A DNA stretch of 38,494 nt from an archaeon (lineage in GTDB: Archaea > B1Sed10-29 > JAJRYS01), in contig JAVYMF010000001.1 of the NCBI GenBank assembly GCA_038736665.1, positions 1 through 38,494 on the forward strand. The letters run 5' to 3'. Positions 34,692 through 38,494 of this stretch are shown here, piece by piece. The translations under genes were made by a program, and so were the position numbers. Position 1 is the first letter of the stretch, and each line of letters opens with the position of its first letter. Under the pieces are notes generated by a model, which did no database searches, was not told the origin of the DNA, and saw only the letters and a list, made by a program, of their open reading frames with translations.

Positions 34692-35024
34692 TCAAAGAAC
34701 CCTTTTTTTGTATTTTTTTCCAGCGACTTTTATGCTTTTTTTTGTTTTCTTGTTTAGTCTGGTAAGGCCTTCGTATTCCACCAAGCCGGTTGCCCTCCGA
34801 CCTTCTGTGGCTATTTGCCAGCGCATCGCTTTGCTCACAGCTTCGGCTGCGTTTATCATCATTTTGTCGACTTTTTTCAAGAAGCGCTTTTCAGCCCACG
34901 TGATTTTTCCTCCGGCGTTCTTCCTCCTGCTTATGTCGGCATATTTGCTCATAATTTCATTAGGCGTCATTTTTTTGGTGTCTAGTTCAGCATTCCGGCG
35001 TTTGAACGGCCACATAGTTATCAA
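34692..35024 (-). CDS. Hypothetical basic protein (about 107-110 aa)
   Basis: ORF only. The start is TTG 35024 or ATG 35015. Confidence 0.55.
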   Translation of the reverse strand: MITMWPFKRRNAELDTKKMTPNEIMSKYADISRRKNAGGKITWAEKRFLKKVDKMMINAAEAVSKAMRWQIATEGRRATGLVEYEGLTRLNKKTKKSIKVAGKKYKKRVL

Positions 35025-35169
35025 TTAAGAGAGCGTGGTATATAAGCATAAACGCTTAAATACACAGCCAACCTAATAACGTTAGCTCGAAAGTTCTTTC
35101 GTTTTAACGCAATCGCACGCGTTACTTTTGAGCAAATTTAACGGATTATTATATTAAGGAGTGGTTTAG

Positions 35170-35550
35170 ATGGCAGAAGAGCAGAAAGCAAGTATTAACG
35201 AGGAAGAAATAGAAGACGAACAGCTGGACCTTGTTTTTCCGACAGCAACCATAGTGCGCGAAATGAAAAAGTACGTTTCAGAAGGTAAAATGATAAAAAA
35301 AGAAGTAAAGATAGGAATGAACAAGTTCCTGGCTGACATCGTCAAGGACGTGTCAACGCGCATGAACGAATACCCTTACTCGATGCTTGATTACAGGATG
35401 TTCCAAGAAGCGTCACGGCCTTACAGGATGGCGAAAGAAATACAAAAAGAAAAGCAGAGGATGGACAAGCACATGGACGTCATAATCGCCGACTGCCAGA
35501 GCGTGAAGCGCGACCTTGAAGAGAAGTTCGCCGAAGCAGAAAAAGTATAA
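35170..35550 (+). CDS. Candidate divergent histone-fold protein with acidic N-tail and coiled-coil C-extension
   Basis: SD AAGGAG lies upstream. LVFPTATIVREMKKYVSEGKMIKKEVKIGMNKFLADIVKDVSTRMNE aligns by eye to helix1-loop1-helix2 of histone / NF-YB folds (LPIAPIGRIIK..ERVS.DA...). The usual RKTI loop-2 motif is absent. Confidence 0.6.
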   Translation: MAEEQKASINEEEIEDEQLDLVFPTATIVREMKKYVSEGKMIKKEVKIGMNKFLADIVKDVSTRMNEYPYSMLDYRMFQEASRPYRMAKEIQKEKQRMDKHMDVIIADCQSVKRDLEEKFAEAEKV

Positions 35551-35581
35551 TCTCAAACCCATTAATTTTTAAGGAACAGCA

Positions 35582-35950
35582 GTGATAAAGTTAGCTATGA
35601 ACGTATTAAAGCGTAAGATGCTTGAAAGAAAAAAGTACAAGATCCCCCCTCTCTCTGAGAGAATGGAAGCGACCCTGAACGACAGGATGTTCGGCCTGGC
35701 AATTAAAGAAGTCGCAGAAAAACAGCTTAAAAGAGGCATAATCGACGAGAGGTACCCTGGGATAACGGAAGTCATTGTTGACGGGATTGCCAAGAAGCTA
35801 AACGTCCAAAAACTAACAGAAGAGTTTAGAAGAAAAAACATAAACCCGTTTTTAATGAACAATACCATATCAAATATGCTGCAGACGTCAGCGGGAATCG
35901 CACTATTCGAAGAACTTAAAGAAAGAGGAGCAGTAATGAACGCCCCCTAG
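35582..35950 (+). CDS. Hypothetical protein (117-122 aa)
   Basis: ORF only. The start is GTG 35582 or ATG 35597. Confidence 0.55.
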   Translation: MIKLAMNVLKRKMLERKKYKIPPLSERMEATLNDRMFGLAIKEVAEKQLKRGIIDERYPGITEVIVDGIAKKLNVQKLTEEFRRKNINPFLMNNTISNMLQTSAGIALFEELKERGAVMNAP

Positions 35951-35973
35951 AAGACCTGAAAGAGCTTAACAAA

Positions 35974-36240
35974 ATGCAGAGGCAGAAAATCGTGCTCCTC
36001 TCGAAAATCGCCGACGAGGGCTCGCAGAAAACCCAAAGAGGAATTCAATTAGCAAAAGAAATCAGTGAGCTTGAGGAAAAAGAAAGCAAAAAAGTCCAAG
36101 AGTTAAGCGAAAAAATCAGTAAAATAATGAAAGGAAAAGGTTTTCAAGGAAAAAACGTGCCGCAAGAATTAATAGAAGCGGTTGAAACCCTTAAACGACA
36201 AGCGAAAGAAAAGGACACCGGACCAAGCATGTACGGCTGA
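35974..36240 (+). CDS. Hypothetical coiled-coil protein (88 aa)
   Basis: ORF only, rich in Lys and Glu. Confidence 0.5.
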   Translation: MQRQKIVLLSKIADEGSQKTQRGIQLAKEISELEEKESKKVQELSEKISKIMKGKGFQGKNVPQELIEAVETLKRQAKEKDTGPSMYG

Positions 36241-36242
36241 AC

Positions 36243-36710
36243 TCATTTCGTCAGCGCATTAACGTCATTGCGCGTTATTTCCCCTTTTTCAGCATCAATT
36301 TCCACTGTAACTACTTCAAGCGTTTTCGTTATGAAGCTGAACCTCCAGAGGGGCTTCTCGCCTTGAACGACGACGATAACTTGGCTGAGCGGTTTTTTGA
36401 GCTCTTCGAACTTTTTCCTTGCTTTTTCCAGCATTTTTTCCTCATTAGTCTTGACTAGCTTCACGTCCAACAGTTCTTTTGAAGGGTTCAATGGCTCGGC
36501 CGACTGGCGCAATTCAACGCCCCTGTCGCTGACGCACGCCTGGATCACGCGGTTGTCCCCACTGTGGTAATACGTGAGAATCCAGTCGCCGAAAACAAGG
36601 GTTTCAGGCGTGAAAATAGCTATGCATGAATTAAGAAAGTATCCTTTCTCCGCGAGCCCGCGGACACTCTCGTCATTCGCTGCTGCCTTCACTGCGTCCT
36701 TGAATCTCAT
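36243..36710 (-). CDS. Hypothetical protein (155 aa) downstream of tfb
   Basis: ORF starting 9 nt after the tfb stop. No family recognised. Confidence 0.6.
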   Translation of the reverse strand: MRFKDAVKAAANDESVRGLAEKGYFLNSCIAIFTPETLVFGDWILTYYHSGDNRVIQACVSDRGVELRQSAEPLNPSKELLDVKLVKTNEEKMLEKARKKFEELKKPLSQVIVVVQGEKPLWRFSFITKTLEVVTVEIDAEKGEITRNDVNALTK

Positions 36711-36719
36711 TTCATCAGC

Positions 36720-37634
36720 TCACGCCGGAATGTCAAGGCCAAGCTTGTCCTTGAGCTCGCGGTAGCGGTTGCGGATAGTGACTTCAGTGACGCCGGCGAT
36801 GTCAGCCACTTCTTTCTGGGTTTTCCTTTCCCCCATTAGGACGCCGGCAATGTACACCGCGGCGGCCGCGACGCCTGTGGGTCCACGGCCTGAAATGAGG
36901 CCTGAGCCTATGGCTTTCTCGAGTATTTCGCGCGCTTTTTCCTGAACCTGCCCTGACAGCCCGAGCTCGGACGCGAACCTCGGCACGTAATGCACAGGAT
37001 TAGTTAACGGCATGCTTATTCCCAAGTCGCGCTTCAAAAACCTGTAAGTCCGCCCGATTTCCTTCTTATTGATTCCGCTGACTTCAGCTATCTCGTCAAG
37101 CGTTCTGGGAATACCGTACTGCCTGCACACTGTGTAAAGCACAGCAGCGACCACTGATTCAATCAATCGCCCGCGAATCAGCCCTTTTTCAACGGCTTTC
37201 CTGTACAGCAGCGCCGCAGCTTCGCGTATGTTGTTAGGCAGCTGCAAGGACGATGCTATGCGTTCCAGCTCGCTTAACGCGATTGCTAGGTTCCTTTCCA
37301 TTGAGGAGGATATCGACGTGCGCTTGTGCCACTTGCGCAGCCTGTACATCTGGGCGCGCGTTTTCGCGGATATTTTCACGCCGCGAATGTCGCGGTTGTA
37401 CTGGTCTATTTCCGTCGCAAGCCCTTTGTTCGGCTTCGTGAATTTTATCGGCGCTCCTGTTCTAGGGCGCTTGTCGCGCTGGTCTGAGTCGAACGCCCTC
37501 CACTCGGGGCCGGAGTCGATGATGTTTTCGTCGATGACAAGCCCGCATTTCGTGCAAACAAGCTCTCCGCGCGCGTAATCGCGCTTTATGCTCTTGCTCC
37601 TGCATTCTGGGCATGTTGCCTTTTCTTCAGCCAT
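36720..37634 (-). CDS. tfb: Transcription initiation factor IIB (TFB)
   Basis: Zn ribbon [29 protein letters not shown]; B-finger/linker [21 protein letters not shown]; two cyclin-fold repeats with a C-terminal HTH ([22 protein letters not shown]). The ATG at 37634 overlaps the gar1 end by 8 nt. Confidence 0.95.
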   Translation of the reverse strand: MAEEKATCPECRSKSIKRDYARGELVCTKCGLVIDENIIDSGPEWRAFDSDQRDKRPRTGAPIKFTKPNKGLATEIDQYNRDIRGVKISAKTRAQMYRLRKWHKRTSISSSMERNLAIALSELERIASSLQLPNNIREAAALLYRKAVEKGLIRGRLIESVVAAVLYTVCRQYGIPRTLDEIAEVSGINKKEIGRTYRFLKRDLGISMPLTNPVHYVPRFASELGLSGQVQEKAREILEKAIGSGLISGRGPTGVAAAAVYIAGVLMGERKTQKEVADIAGVTEVTIRNRYRELKDKLGLDIPA

Positions 37635-37839
37635 AAAGATACTCCCCCACAAGTTTTCCAGGGTCTTTTTTCGCGCTCACCAGCAAGTAAGGCCCCATAG
37701 TCGGGCCGAAATAATCGACAACGGTTCCGACGTGCCTTTCAGAGTCGTCGTACACTTCAGAGCCGAGCTTCACGAGCCCGTTAGCCTTCAGGACGAGCTT
37801 TCCGTCAGATATTGAAACAACGCGGCCGATTTTTTTCAA
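37627..37839 (-). CDS. gar1: H/ACA RNP component Gar1
   Basis: (M)[53 protein letters not shown] matches the archaeal Gar1 pattern. TTG start is preceded by GGGGGT. Confidence 0.8.
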   Translation of the reverse strand: MKKIGRVVSISDGKLVLKANGLVKLGSEVYDDSERHVGTVVDYFGPTMGPYLLVSAKKDPGKLVGEYLYG

Positions 37840-37945
37840 CAGATTACCCCCTATTAAGAGCTATTCCCCTAAAACCAGCAAGAAACAGTAAGCTTTATAT
37901 ACTTTCTTTAAAACTTGTATTTAAGCGTTTCGGTGATTAAGGCTT

Positions 37946-38006
37946 TGCACATAAAAAGGCCTAAAAACGACTCCTGCACAATAAAACGACGAACTGCACA
38001 TAAAAT
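37946..38006 (+). repeat. Three imperfect direct repeats, core TGCACA(A)TAAAA, in an AT-rich intergenic region
   Basis: TGCACATAAAAA at 37946, TGCACAATAAAA at 37975 and TGCACATAAAAT at 37995, spaced 29 and 20 nt. AAAACGAC also recurs at 37964 and 37983. Confidence 0.6.
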
Positions 38007-38248
38007 CGTTGATAATGCTGTTTTTTAGTAGTATTTTAGTTAGTCTTTTTATAGGGTTTCGTTTATTAGTTAATTCATGTCTGAAACAATTGAGTGCCCA
38101 TTTTGCGGTAAGAAGTCAGTTTCAGTTGATGAAAAACCGTCTGTTCTACCCGACTTCTGACGGGTAATACCTGCCTATCGTCTTCTGCCAAGGATTCTTT
38201 TTTAAATGATTGTCAATCATCGCGTCGAAGTCAACCATTATTATCTCC

Positions 38249-38494
38249 TTACTTTTCCACACCCATGGATTCTAAATCTTTGATTAATGTTTCCGTTTCC
38301 TTTTTGAGTTTTTCAAGCATTCGTAATCTTGCGGGGTCTTTAGATGTTTTTATTAACTCTCTTCTTGAAAATCCCTGCAGTACTTCTATGGTCTTACGTA
38401 TCTGTTTAAATTCTTTACTTTTTAATTCGGGATTAAATTCTTGGATTAAGTTATACGCTTCACTAAAACCATATTTTTCAAAAAGACGAAATGC
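38249..38494 (-). CDS. Hypothetical protein, C-terminal 81 aa (5' end outside the window), in the low-GC segment
   Basis: Hand translation gives ..AFRLFEKYGFSEAYNLIQEFNPELKSKEFKQIRKTIEVLQGFSRRELIKTSKDPARLRMLEKLKKETETLIKDLESMGVEK, with the stop at 38249-38251. No family recognised. Confidence 0.5.
   Translation of the reverse strand, partial: AFRLFEKYGFSEAYNLIQEFNPELKSKEFKQIRKTIEVLQGFSRRELIKTSKDPARLRMLEKLKKETETLIKDLESMGVEK

Noticed and set aside
35095-35108. Palindrome CGAAAGTTCTTTCG in the divergent region upstream of the histone-fold candidate
   Set aside because: It is short, occurs once, and has no second copy. That is insufficient to call an operator.
1-38494. Searched for CRISPR arrays, transposase/IS ends, reverse transcriptase with template/variable repeats (DGR), toxin-antitoxin pairs and known defence genes
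   Set aside because: I could not see any regularly spaced direct repeats, transposase, integrase or RT motifs, or recognisable defence domains. The only repeat structure is the short iteron-like set at 37946-38006.

Overview
Compact archaeal chromosomal window of about 55 genes. Many start/stop overlaps are only 1-8 nt. TGA, TAA and TAG all act as stops, and GTG/TTG starts follow GGAGG-like Shine-Dalgarno sequences. All family calls come from reading motifs by eye; no database search was possible. Archaeal housekeeping markers are FEN-1 (partial, missing from the ORF track), tRNA-Ser(GCU), SRP (7S) RNA, FtsZ, a tRNA-dihydrouridine synthase, an Hsp20-MBF1-site-2-protease operon, a SufS-like cysteine desulfurase, archaeal-type SAM synthetase, and a Gar1-TFB pair. 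The small genes, cysteine-rich secreted proteins and a CxxC-x17-CxxC mini-protein would fit a small-genome (DPANN-like) archaeon, but that is inference only. Envelope-related content includes three GT4 glycosyltransferases, a DUF2070-like membrane protein coupled to a transglutaminase-like protein, and a membrane-anchored Lon-protease domain without an AAA+ module. It also includes a thioredoxin-like / Cys-rich membrane protein / SufS operon and a Cys-rich lipoprotein coupled to a membrane-anchored ArsR-type regulator. The stand-out is a 9.6 kb, 11-gene co-directional type IV filament locus (20321-29963). It encodes a Sec-secreted repeat glycoprotein, six proteins with class III (prepilin-like) signal peptides and an ArlI/PilB-type ATPase. 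Its platform protein is split into two single-T2SSF-domain genes, the first carrying a roughly 350-400 aa extracellular insertion. The locus ends with a KaiC/ArlH-like ATPase. No recognisable archaellin accessory genes and no prepilin peptidase lie in the window. Other items are a decayed GNAT pseudogene, unlisted small ORFs, a divergent histone-fold candidate, and an abrupt AT-rich segment with iteron-like repeats and gene fragments at the 3' edge.
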